Assembly: GCA_963796055.1 (NCBI GenBank) | Contig: CAWCKH010000004.1 | Coordinates: 2,496,001 to 2,560,000 of the forward strand | Reading direction: 5' to 3' | Source: an uncultured delta proteobacterium | GTDB taxonomy: Bacteria > Myxococcota > Myxococcia > Myxococcales > Myxococcaceae | Length of the DNA stretch: 64,000 nucleotides | Shown: in pieces, positions 1 through 7,998 of the stretch | Layout: the number at the start of each line of letters is the position of its first letter | Position numbering within the stretch: the stretch's first letter is position 1 | The notes under the pieces: model-generated | The model's input: only the letters and a program-made list of their open reading frames with translations | Databases searched by the model: none | What the model was told of the DNA's origin: nothing | Made by a program: the position numbers and the translations under genes

Positions 1-191
1 AGGCCATCCGGAGCCACGGGCACCGGGACGTGACCTACGTGGAACGCCGGGCCGACGCTGCCGCGGCGCTCCTTCCCCGGCTGCGCGAGGGAGACCTGGT
101 CCTGACGCTTGGCGCCGGAGACGTGACGCAGGTCGGCCCGGAGCTGCTCCAGCTGCTCGAGCCGGCTCACGGTGAGGCCGGCTCGGCGTGA
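1..191 (+). CDS. murC: UDP-N-acetylmuramate--L-alanine ligase, 3' end only
   Basis: Frame from nt 3 reads [16 protein letters not shown]...[17 protein letters not shown]...[11 protein letters not shown] is the typical MurC C-terminus; murB-ddl-ftsQAZ follow downstream. Confidence 0.85.
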   Translation, partial: AIRSHGHRDVTYVERRADAAAALLPRLREGDLVLTLGAGDVTQVGPELLQLLEPAHGEAGSA

Positions 192-218
192 GCCGGGGAC
201 CGTCGATCGGCTGAACGC

Positions 219-278
219 GCAACCTTGGGGTTGCATACCGGCGGTCGGGTGTGCATATTGGGGCAACCAGGAGGTTGC
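219..278 (+). promoter_or_regulatory. Two GCAACC-N4-GGTTGC palindromes (219-234, 263-278) flanking a sigma70-like promoter; likely ArsR operators
   Basis: Both inverted repeats are perfect. TTGCAT (231-236)-N17-CATATT (254-259) overlaps the first; the second covers the SD of the SRPBCC gene. Confidence 0.75.
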
Positions 279-280
279 AC

Positions 281-757
281 ATGACAGACACCATCCCTGA
301 CCGCATCGAGAAGAAGATCGTCCTTCGCGCGCCCCGCTCCCGCGTCTGGAAGGCCCTGACCGACGCCCGGGAGTTCAACCAGTGGTTCCGCGTGGCCCTC
401 GCAGGGGAGTTCCGCGCCGGGCAGCGCATCGCTGGACCGGTCACCAAACCTGGCTACGAATACCTCACGATGGAGGCCTGGGTGGAGCGCATGGAGCCGG
501 AAGCACTGTTCTCCTTTCGCTGGCATCCGTTCGCCATCGAGCGCGGAGTGGACTACTCGAAGGAGCCGACCACCACCGTCGAGTTCCGGCTCGAGGAGGT
601 CCCGGAGGGAACGCTGCTCACGGTGACCGAGACGGGCTTCCAGCGACTCCCGGTGGCCCGGCGAGGCCCAGCGCACGAGGCGAACTCCGGTGGTTGGGAC
701 ATCCAGCTCAAGAACATCGAACGGCATGTCACTGAGCACCCGTCACCGCGGGCCTGA
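281..757 (+). CDS. SRPBCC/AHSA1 (START-like) domain protein
   Basis: IEKKIVLRAPRSRVWKALTD...FSFRWHP...GTLLTVTETGF...GWDIQL; GGAGG SD before ATG 281. Confidence 0.9.
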   Translation: MTDTIPDRIEKKIVLRAPRSRVWKALTDAREFNQWFRVALAGEFRAGQRIAGPVTKPGYEYLTMEAWVERMEPEALFSFRWHPFAIERGVDYSKEPTTTVEFRLEEVPEGTLLTVTETGFQRLPVARRGPAHEANSGGWDIQLKNIERHVTEHPSPRA

Positions 758-1061
758 CCCGAGCCCGGTCTTCGCCGCGCTGGGGGACCCGACCCGCATG
801 GCGCTCGTCCGGCGCCTGTCTGCCGAGGGGGCGCTCTCGGTCACCGCGCTCACCGTGGGCACGCGCATCTCGCGACAGGCCGTGACCAAGCACCTCGGCG
901 TGCTCGCCCGTGCCGGGCTGGTGGAGAGCGAGCGAGCCGGCCGTGAGCGACTCTGGGCGCTCGCACCCGGGCAGCTCGACGAGGCCCGGCGCGCCCTGGA
1001 GCAGATCTCCCGCGATTGGGATGCCGCCCTGGGTCGGCTCCGCAGGCTCGTCGAGCGCTGA
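726..1061 (+). CDS. ArsR/SmtB family transcriptional regulator
   Basis: VFAALGDPTR...ISRQAVTKHLGVLARAGLV...GRER winged-HTH signature; start uncertain. Confidence 0.88.
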   Translation: MSLSTRHRGPDPSPVFAALGDPTRMALVRRLSAEGALSVTALTVGTRISRQAVTKHLGVLARAGLVESERAGRERLWALAPGQLDEARRALEQISRDWDAALGRLRRLVER

Positions 1062-1168
1062 GCGGCCTTCCGGTCACGGCTGGACGCTGTCGCCAAGGCG
1101 GTGCTTGACCCTTCCGCCATCGGACGGCACAACACCCGCCCCCGCAGGAGGGGATGAAGGAGGGTGCC

Positions 1169-2371
1169 ATGAGCGAGAGGTCGAGGGTGACGCGAGTATT
1201 CGCCGGGTGCGCGATGCTGGCCCTGGCCAGCTGTGGCGCTGGCGCCGATTGGACGAGCGCGACGACGCACTCCGACGCGGTGGCCTCCGACCGGGAGGCC
1301 CTGAAGAGCAGCGCCACGCCGACGGTGACGCCGCAGACCAGCGGGACCACCGCCGGGCTCATCGCCATCAGCGCGGTGAACGCGCGGGTGGCATGGGCGG
1401 TCGGGCGGTTCGGGACCTACGTGATCACCACCGACGGCGGGAAGACCTGGCACCCCGGCGTGGTGCCCGGAGCCGAGGCGCTCCAGTTCCGGGACGTGGA
1501 GGCGGTGAGCGAGAAGGTGGCGTACCTCCTCTCGCTGCCGACTGCGACGGTCGCGCCTCGCATCTACAAGACGGTCGACGGCGGGAAGACGTGGAAGATC
1601 CAGTTCGAGGCGCCAGACGTCAGCTATTTCTACGACTGCTTCGCGTTCTGGGAGCCCTCGAGCGGCCTCACCATGGCCGACTCCCTCAATGGCGAGTTCC
1701 CGGTCATCCGGACATTCGACGGCGGCAAGACCTGGCGCGACATCGGTGACCGGGTGCCGGCTCCGCTCCCCGGAGAGGCCGGATTCGCTTCCAGCGGGAC
1801 CTGCGCCGCCACCCAGGGGCACCGGCGCGCCTGGCTCACCACCGGTGGCACCGGCATCACGCGGGTCTTCTACAGCACCGACCGCGGCCAGACCTGGGGC
1901 GCGACCACCGCGCCGATCACCGCCGGCACCCAGGCGGCAGGCGGGGGGTTCAGCATCGCCTTCCGGGATGCGCGGCACGGGATCCTCGGCGGCGGGGATC
2001 TCGCCGCGGGCGACGGAGTCATCGTGGACAACATCGCCCGCTCGAGCGACGGCGGACGGACCTGGGTGGCCGGGACGAGCGCCCCCATCCCCGGCGCGAT
2101 CTACGGGCTGGCCTACGCTGGCAACGGGAAGGGCGAGGGCGGCGGGCACGACGACGACGAAGGCGAGAACGAGCATGGCAAGGGACACGGCGGCAGCGGG
2201 TCCATCCGCGTGGTCGCCACCGCGCCCACCGGAACCGCCTGGTCGCCCGACGAGGGCCGGAGCTGGACGACCATCGCTGGCCTCGCCGGGCTGTGGGCCG
2301 TGGACTTCGGCAGCGAGCGGACGGGCTGGCTGGTCGGGACCAACGGGCAGATCGTCCGCATTGACTTCTGA
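1169..2371 (+). CDS. Secreted/lipoprotein beta-propeller with BNR/Asp-box repeats (YCF48/sialidase-like fold)
   Basis: Lipobox-like LASC; repeated Asp-boxes TTDGGKTW, TVDGGKTW, TFDGGKTW, STDRGQTW, SSDGGRTW, SPDEGRSW. Confidence 0.85.
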   Translation: MSERSRVTRVFAGCAMLALASCGAGADWTSATTHSDAVASDREALKSSATPTVTPQTSGTTAGLIAISAVNARVAWAVGRFGTYVITTDGGKTWHPGVVPGAEALQFRDVEAVSEKVAYLLSLPTATVAPRIYKTVDGGKTWKIQFEAPDVSYFYDCFAFWEPSSGLTMADSLNGEFPVIRTFDGGKTWRDIGDRVPAPLPGEAGFASSGTCAATQGHRRAWLTTGGTGITRVFYSTDRGQTWGATTAPITAGTQAAGGGFSIAFRDARHGILGGGDLAAGDGVIVDNIARSSDGGRTWVAGTSAPIPGAIYGLAYAGNGKGEGGGHDDDEGENEHGKGHGGSGSIRVVATAPTGTAWSPDEGRSWTTIAGLAGLWAVDFGSERTGWLVGTNGQIVRIDF

Positions 2372-2497
2372 GCGCGGTCGACGGCGGCGCTGCGCTTCAC
2401 GCCCGCTCGGGACGAGAACGCGGACGAGTTCGGCTGGCCGGGCATTGTCGACGCCCTGGCGGGGGCGTCGGCGCGGCTCACCCCGGAGGAGCGAGCG

Positions 2498-3124
2498 TCA
2501 CTTGACGATCGACCTCGCCGCCGCGAGTCCGAGCAGCATCGCCGCGGCCAGGAGGAGCAAGCCTCCCAGCCCTCGCAAGGTGCGGAGGGTCGCCGCGCGC
2601 TCGGCCCGGACCCGCCGGCCGGCGACCATGGCCGCCGAGGTCGTGACCCCGAGCTCGAGGGTGATGAACGTCGATGCCAGGATGCCAAGCTGCACTGGCA
2701 CCGAGCGGCCCGGATGGACGAACTGCGGAAGCACCGCACCGAAGAAGAGGATCGCCTTCGGATTCGTCCAGACCAGGAGGAACCCCCGGCCGAACGGGCC
2801 GACCCTGGGCGGTCCGGCGCTGGCATGCGGCGCGGTGGCTCTCTCGCGCCAGAGCTGGACGCCGCTCCAGCCCAGGTAGACGGCTCCGGCGAGCTGCATC
2901 CCGACCAGGAGCGCGGGTGCCCGGGACAGTGCGCTGCCGACCCCGGCCATCGCCGTGGCCACCATCGCCGCGATGCCCAGGGCGTTGCCGAGCACCATCG
3001 GAAGGGTGGCCCGCACGCCGCGCGCGATGGCGTGCCCGACGATGGCGAGCATGGTGGGGCCGGGAGTGAGGACGGCGATCGCGGAGAGAGCGACGAAGGC
3101 CAGCCAGGGACCGAGGGCGATCAT
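2498..3124 (-). CDS. LysE/RhtB family translocator
   Basis: TPGPTMLAIV...GAVYLGWSG...NPKAILFFGAVLPQFV motifs; ATG overlaps the nitroreductase stop. Confidence 0.9.
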   Translation of the reverse strand: MIALGPWLAFVALSAIAVLTPGPTMLAIVGHAIARGVRATLPMVLGNALGIAAMVATAMAGVGSALSRAPALLVGMQLAGAVYLGWSGVQLWRERATAPHASAGPPRVGPFGRGFLLVWTNPKAILFFGAVLPQFVHPGRSVPVQLGILASTFITLELGVTTSAAMVAGRRVRAERAATLRTLRGLGGLLLLAAAMLLGLAAARSIVK

Positions 3125-3672
3125 CGCTCGGCGTCTCGACGCCAGCCGCCGCGGAAGGCCGTCTCCTCGAGTGGGCGGCGGGTCTGTGGCGGGAGAGGCT
3201 CCTCCAGCGGCCAGCCCACCGCGGTCACCGTCATGGGCTCGAGACCGGGGGGAGCGGCGAGGGCATCGCGGAGCCGTCCGGGGTCGAAGCCCGCCATCGA
3301 GTGGACGGCGAGGCCGGAGAAGACGGCCTGGAGCGCCAGCTGGGCGGTCGCCAGGCCGAGGTCGTGCTCCGCCCAGCGGTTCGGCCGGCCGCCACGGCCG
3401 TGGCGCGTGAAGAATCCGACCACCAGCCCCGAGGCGTCCTTCGCCCAGGCCGCGTTGGGGGGATCGAGCGCCTCGAGGATCCGCGGGAAGGCGGCGTCCC
3501 CTCGCAGCGCCCAGGCGAAGCGCCAGGGCTGCAGGTTGTAGCTGGAGGGGGCCAGCTGGGCGGCTCCGAGGAGAGCGAGGGCCTGCTCGGGGGAGAGGTG
3601 ACGCGCGGAGTCGAACCGTTCGTGGCTCCGCCGGGCCAGGATGGCGGGGAGGAGGGGAGGGAGGGGTGTCAT
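3121..3672 (-). CDS. Nitroreductase family protein
   Basis: RRSHERF...AAQLAPSSYNLQPWRF...LQAVFSGLAVHSMAGFD. Confidence 0.9.
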   Translation of the reverse strand: MTPLPPLLPAILARRSHERFDSARHLSPEQALALLGAAQLAPSSYNLQPWRFAWALRGDAAFPRILEALDPPNAAWAKDASGLVVGFFTRHGRGGRPNRWAEHDLGLATAQLALQAVFSGLAVHSMAGFDPGRLRDALAAPPGLEPMTVTAVGWPLEEPLPPQTRRPLEETAFRGGWRRDAER

Positions 3673-3725
3673 GTCCTTTCCCTGTGCGCTGGACGGCCGA
3701 GCGTCGAGGTCGTACTTCTCCCGTG

Positions 3726-3744
3726 CTGTGAGCTCCTCTCACAG
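3726..3744. promoter_or_regulatory. LysR-type T-N11-A box, CTGTGAG-N5-CTCACAG
   Basis: Perfect 7-bp inverted repeat with T3729-N11-A3741, between the divergent nitroreductase and LysR genes. Confidence 0.7.
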
Positions 3745-4666
3745 GACGACCCGCCGGCGGCGCCTCCCTCCGCTCAATGCAGCGCGGGCCTTCGAGGCCT
3801 GCGCCCGTCTCGGCTCGACCGTGGCGGCCGCGGCCGAGCTGGGAGTGACGCACGGCGCGGTGAGCAAGCAGATTGCGGTGCTGGAGAGCTGGCTCGGCGT
3901 TCCGCTCTTCGAGCGGGGTGGGGCCCGTCTCCTCCCGACGCCCGCGGCTGCGCGGTACGCGTTCGCCCTCTCCGCGGCGCTGGACGCCGTCGAGCGAGGC
4001 ACGGAGGCCATGCAGGCGACGGATTCGGAGAGCCCGGACCTGGTGCGGGTGAGCACCACCGGGTCGGTCGCGGCGCTGTGGCTCATCCCCCGGCTGGCCT
4101 CGTTCCGCGCCCAGCACCCGGGCATCGAGGTGTGGGTCTCCGAGAGCCGGGAGCTCGTCCCCCTCGGACAGCCCGGCGGGCCGGAGCTGGCGATCCGCCT
4201 CGGGCGCGGGCCGTGGCCCGGGGCTCGGGCCGAGCCGCTGATGGACGACGCGGTGGTCGCGGTGTGCGCGCCCTCGGTCGCCGCCCGGCTCCGCGCTCCG
4301 GAGGACCTGGCGCAGGTGACCCTGCTCCATGACGAGGACCCGCGCGTGTCCTGGCCCGCCTGGCTGGAGGTCGCGGGACTGGGACATCCGCGCTGGGCCT
4401 CCCGCGGTCCCCGGCTCGCCGACGGCGCCCTGGTGCTCCAGGCTGCACGCGCGGGACAGGGCGTGGCGCTGAGCCGGCGCCGTCTCGCCGCGGGCCAGCT
4501 GCGGACCGGGGCGCTGGTCCAGCCCTTTCCGACCCGCCTGCCTCTCGGGTCGAGCTACTGGCTGGTGCGTCCCCCCCGGGGGGTACGCCTCAGCACGGCC
4601 GCGGAGAAGTTCGCCCGCTGGATGCGGGAGATCGCCCGAGCCGAGGACCCGGGTGGTGAGGGCTGA
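3728..4666 (+). CDS. LysR family regulator (GcvA/TrpI-like)
   Basis: RLPPLNAARAFEACARLGSTVAAAAELGVTHGAVSKQIAVLE; start codon uncertain (GTG 3728 chosen). Confidence 0.9.
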   Translation: MSSSHRTTRRRRLPPLNAARAFEACARLGSTVAAAAELGVTHGAVSKQIAVLESWLGVPLFERGGARLLPTPAAARYAFALSAALDAVERGTEAMQATDSESPDLVRVSTTGSVAALWLIPRLASFRAQHPGIEVWVSESRELVPLGQPGGPELAIRLGRGPWPGARAEPLMDDAVVAVCAPSVAARLRAPEDLAQVTLLHDEDPRVSWPAWLEVAGLGHPRWASRGPRLADGALVLQAARAGQGVALSRRRLAAGQLRTGALVQPFPTRLPLGSSYWLVRPPRGVRLSTAAEKFARWMREIARAEDPGGEG

Positions 4667-4670
4667 TGCC

Positions 4671-5030
4671 TCACGCGGCGAGGCTCACGCCGAGGGCGAG
4701 CAGCGCGGGCAGTCCCTGGACGACCAGGATCCGGCGGGAGGCCGTCGCCGCTCCGAACACCGCGGCGATGAGGACGCAGACGAGGAAGAAGAGCCGCAGC
4801 TGTCCAGCCAGCGACTCGGCGGCCACCAGGCTCCAGACGAGCCCCGCGGCGAGAAACCCGTTGTACAGCCCCTGGTTCGCAGCGAGCGGCGCGGCCTGGG
4901 CCGCGAACTCGGGGGTGGTCCCGAAGATGCGCCGGCCGGCAGGGCTCTTGAAGAGGAACATCTCCAGGATCAGGAACCCCACGTGCTCGAGCGCGACGAA
5001 CGCCACCAGGACGCTTCGGAGGAGGGGCAC
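4671..5030 (-). CDS. DUF1304 family membrane protein
   Basis: VALEHVGFLILEMF...AANQGLYNGFLAAGL...ILVVQGLPA. Confidence 0.85.
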   Translation of the reverse strand: MPLLRSVLVAFVALEHVGFLILEMFLFKSPAGRRIFGTTPEFAAQAAPLAANQGLYNGFLAAGLVWSLVAAESLAGQLRLFFLVCVLIAAVFGAATASRRILVVQGLPALLALGVSLAA

Positions 5031-5123
5031 GGAGGCATGCTGGTCCCACCCCGGCGCACCCGTCCAGGAGAACCCGCCGGGATTCTGCGTCCGGCGCCTC
5101 CATCTGGTTCTCAGAAGGGGCTC

Positions 5124-6056
5124 TTGACCGCCCCTTCCACCCCGTCGGCCGGCGCCGCCCTCCTCACCGGCCTCGCCGCGGATGCGACGCCGGGGGAGTC
5201 CCTCGCGCCGTGGACCAGCCTGCGGGTGGGCGGCCCGGCCGAGCTGCTGGTCCGACCCCGCACCCCCGACGCGCTCCTGGCCCTGCTCGCCCGCGCCCGG
5301 GCGGAGGGGGTTCCGGTCCACGTGCTCGGCGGTGGCGCCAACACCCTGGTCGGCGACCTCGGCATCCCCGGCATCACCCTCAAGCTGCCGGGCGACCTCT
5401 TCGCCGAGGAGGTCCAGCCCGCCCGCTCCGGCGGTGGGCTGGTGACGCTCGGGGCCGGTGCGGCCATCGTCCGGCTGGTCAACGCGATGCGGGCCCGCGG
5501 GTGGGTGGGCGCGGAGTTCCTCGCCGGCATCCCGGGGACCATCGGCGGTGCGGTGGCGATGAACGCCGGGACCAAGCATGGCGAGTGCGAGCGGGTCCTG
5601 GACGCCGTCGAGCTCGCCACCGCAGACGGCATCGGCTGGGTTCCTCGGGCCGCGCTCACCATCCGTTACCGGTACACCGAGCTCCCCGGCGGGGCGGTGC
5701 TCACCCGGGCGCGCTTTCGCCTCCCTGCGGGCGACATCGAGACCTCGCGCGCGGCGATGGACGCCGACCTGGCGTACCGGAAGCGCACCCAGCCGCTCAG
5801 CCAGCCGAACTGCGGCAGCGTCTTCCAGAATCCCCCTGGAGACCACGCCGGCCGCCTCATCGAGTCGGTCGGCCTCAAGGGGAGCGTCCTCGGCGGGGCG
5901 CAGATCTCGACGCTTCACGCCAACTGGATCGTCAACCTCGGCGGGGCCCGGGCCGCGGACGTGGTGGGGCTGATCGAGCGCGCGCGAGCGCGGGTGCGCG
6001 AGGCGACGGGCATCGTGCTCGTCCCGGAGGTGAAGCGGGTGGGAGTCTTCGCATGA
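5124..6056 (+). CDS. murB: UDP-N-acetylenolpyruvoylglucosamine reductase
   Basis: LRVGGPA, LGGGANTLV, GIPGTIGGAVAMNAG, QPLSQPNCGSVFQNP, HANWIVN; TTG start inferred. Confidence 0.95.
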   Translation: MTAPSTPSAGAALLTGLAADATPGESLAPWTSLRVGGPAELLVRPRTPDALLALLARARAEGVPVHVLGGGANTLVGDLGIPGITLKLPGDLFAEEVQPARSGGGLVTLGAGAAIVRLVNAMRARGWVGAEFLAGIPGTIGGAVAMNAGTKHGECERVLDAVELATADGIGWVPRAALTIRYRYTELPGGAVLTRARFRLPAGDIETSRAAMDADLAYRKRTQPLSQPNCGSVFQNPPGDHAGRLIESVGLKGSVLGGAQISTLHANWIVNLGGARAADVVGLIERARARVREATGIVLVPEVKRVGVFA

Positions 6057-6973
6057 AGGACAAGCGGATCGGGGTGCTGATGGGCGGCCTCTCCGTCGAG
6101 CGGGAGGTCAGTCTACGCACCGGGGCCGGCGTCGCCGCCGCGCTCCGGAGCCTCGGCTACACCGTGGTGGAGGTCGACGTGCAGAAGGACGTGGCCGAGC
6201 GGCTCCGCGCCGAGCGTGTCGAGGTGGCCTTCATCGCCCTGCACGGCCGCTACGGCGAGGACGGGTGCATCCAGGGGCTGCTGGAGTCGATGTTCATCCC
6301 CTACACCGGCTCGGGCGTGCTCGCCTCCTCGGTGGGGATGGAGAAGGTCTTCGCCAAGCAGGTCTTCCTCGCCCACGGCATTCCCACGCCGGCCTACCGT
6401 GCATTCGACGGCGCCGAGCACGCGCTCGCCGGCGTGGAGTCGCTTCCCTTCCCCTTCCCGGTGGTGGTGAAGCCCTCGCGGGAGGGCTCGAGCGTCGGGG
6501 TCCACATCGTGCGCACCGAGGACGCGTATCCCGCGGCGGTCGAGGACGCGGCGACGCTCGCCGGCTCCATCCTGGTGGAACAATTCGTTCCCGGGCGGGA
6601 GGTGCAGGGCGCGGTGCTCGATGATGCCTCGCTCGGGGCGATCGAGATCGTCCCCGCGCACGAATTCTACGACTACGAGGCGAAGTACGCGGCCGGCAGC
6701 GGGACGAAGTACCTCTTCCCCGCGCCGCTGCCGCCGGACCAGTACGCCCGGGTGAACGAGGTCTGTCTGGCGGCGCACCGGGCCCTGGGGTGCCGCGGCG
6801 CGACCCGCTCCGACGTCATCGTCACCCCGGAGGGCGGAGTGCAGCTGCTGGAGCTGAACACCATTCCCGGGATGACGCCCACCAGCCTGCTCCCGAAGAT
6901 CGCCGCGGGCAGGGGCATCGACTACCCCCAGCTGTGCGAGCGCATCTTGCTTGGCGCGCTGCTGCAGGCGTGA
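6053..6973 (+). CDS. ddl: D-alanine--D-alanine ligase
   Basis: LMGGLSVEREVSL, LHGRYGEDG, KPSREGSSVG, FYDYEAKY, ELNTIPGMT. Confidence 0.97.
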   Translation: MKDKRIGVLMGGLSVEREVSLRTGAGVAAALRSLGYTVVEVDVQKDVAERLRAERVEVAFIALHGRYGEDGCIQGLLESMFIPYTGSGVLASSVGMEKVFAKQVFLAHGIPTPAYRAFDGAEHALAGVESLPFPFPVVVKPSREGSSVGVHIVRTEDAYPAAVEDAATLAGSILVEQFVPGREVQGAVLDDASLGAIEIVPAHEFYDYEAKYAAGSGTKYLFPAPLPPDQYARVNEVCLAAHRALGCRGATRSDVIVTPEGGVQLLELNTIPGMTPTSLLPKIAAGRGIDYPQLCERILLGALLQA

Positions 6974-7091
6974 CCTCGCCCAGCGCGACCGCAGGCCTCT
7001 ACCTCACCCCGGGCAACGGCTGGCCGATGGCAGCCAGCACGCTGATGGCGCTGGCCGGGGCCCGTTGCCGCACTCGACCCGGGCAGAGGCG

Positions 7092-7157
7092 CCGTTACAG
7101 GCCTGTGGCCGAAAACTGGCGCGGGCGCTGATCCGGGTCGAGCATGCGCCGGATCAG
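7092..7157 (+). repeat. Copy 1 of a ~65-bp element shared with the ftsZ upstream region
   Basis: Aligns by hand with 9245-9307 at 52/66 positions; ends immediately before the ftsQ ATG. Confidence 0.8.
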
Positions 7158-7973
7158 ATGCCCGGAGTCCTCGCCTCCAGGAACCGGCGCCGCCGCGCCG
7201 ACGGCGCAGCTTCCCGTGCCCCCGGTGGACGGGCGGTCCTGCGCGGCCTGGGGCTGCTGGCGATCTTCGCCTCGCTGGCCTGGGTCGGGCTCCAGCTCGA
7301 CGGCTGGGCCGCCAGCTCGCCCCGGTTCGCGCTGCGGACGGTGAGGGTCCAGGGGCTCCGGCGGGCCACCGAGAAGGAGCTGCTCCGGCTCGCAGGCGTG
7401 GCCCCGGGGATGAACCTCTGGTCGCTCGATGCGGCCGCCGTCGCCCAGGCGATGGGCGCCCATCCCTGGGTCCGGACCGTCGAGGTCAGCCGGAGCCTGC
7501 CGGACACCCTCCAGCTACGTGTGGAGGAGCGTGCCCCCGTGGCCCTCGCCTCGCTGGGGGACCTGTACGTGGTCGACGCCAACGGCGCCCCGTTCAAGCG
7601 CCTCTCGCCCGCCGATGCGCTCGATCTCCCGCTGCTCACCGGGCTCGCCCGCGAGGCCGCAGAGAAGGACCCCGCCGGTACCGCCGCCCGCCTCCGCGAG
7701 GGCCTCGGCGTCCTCGAGGCCTATCAGCGCGCCTTCGAGCGGCCATGGCTGTCCGAGGTCCAGCTCGGCGAGGCGGGCTTCGACCTGGTCACCGCCGACG
7801 GCGTCCGGGTGGTGCTCGGGCGTGACGATCTGGACGGCCAGCTCCGCCGGCTTCGCCGCGTCAAGGACGAGCTACAGCAGCGGGGCCTGCTCGCCGCCGC
7901 CATTCACCTCGAGAACCGCGTCCGGCCCGGCTGGGTCGCGGTGAAGGTCCAGCCCGGCGCGAAGGCGCCTTAG
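7158..7973 (+). CDS. ftsQ: Cell division protein FtsQ
   Basis: Basic N-terminus, one TM, POTRA (HPWVRTVEVSRSLPDTLQLRVEERAP); lies between ddl and ftsA. Confidence 0.9.
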   Translation: MPGVLASRNRRRRADGAASRAPGGRAVLRGLGLLAIFASLAWVGLQLDGWAASSPRFALRTVRVQGLRRATEKELLRLAGVAPGMNLWSLDAAAVAQAMGAHPWVRTVEVSRSLPDTLQLRVEERAPVALASLGDLYVVDANGAPFKRLSPADALDLPLLTGLAREAAEKDPAGTAARLREGLGVLEAYQRAFERPWLSEVQLGEAGFDLVTADGVRVVLGRDDLDGQLRRLRRVKDELQQRGLLAAAIHLENRVRPGWVAVKVQPGAKAP

Positions 7974-7998
7974 CCACGAGCGAGAAGGGACGGAAGTC

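Noticed and set aside
1420..2270. Repeated GACGGCGG..AAGACCTGG DNA motifs
   Set aside because: They encode the Asp-box repeats of the BNR protein and are not a DNA repeat array.
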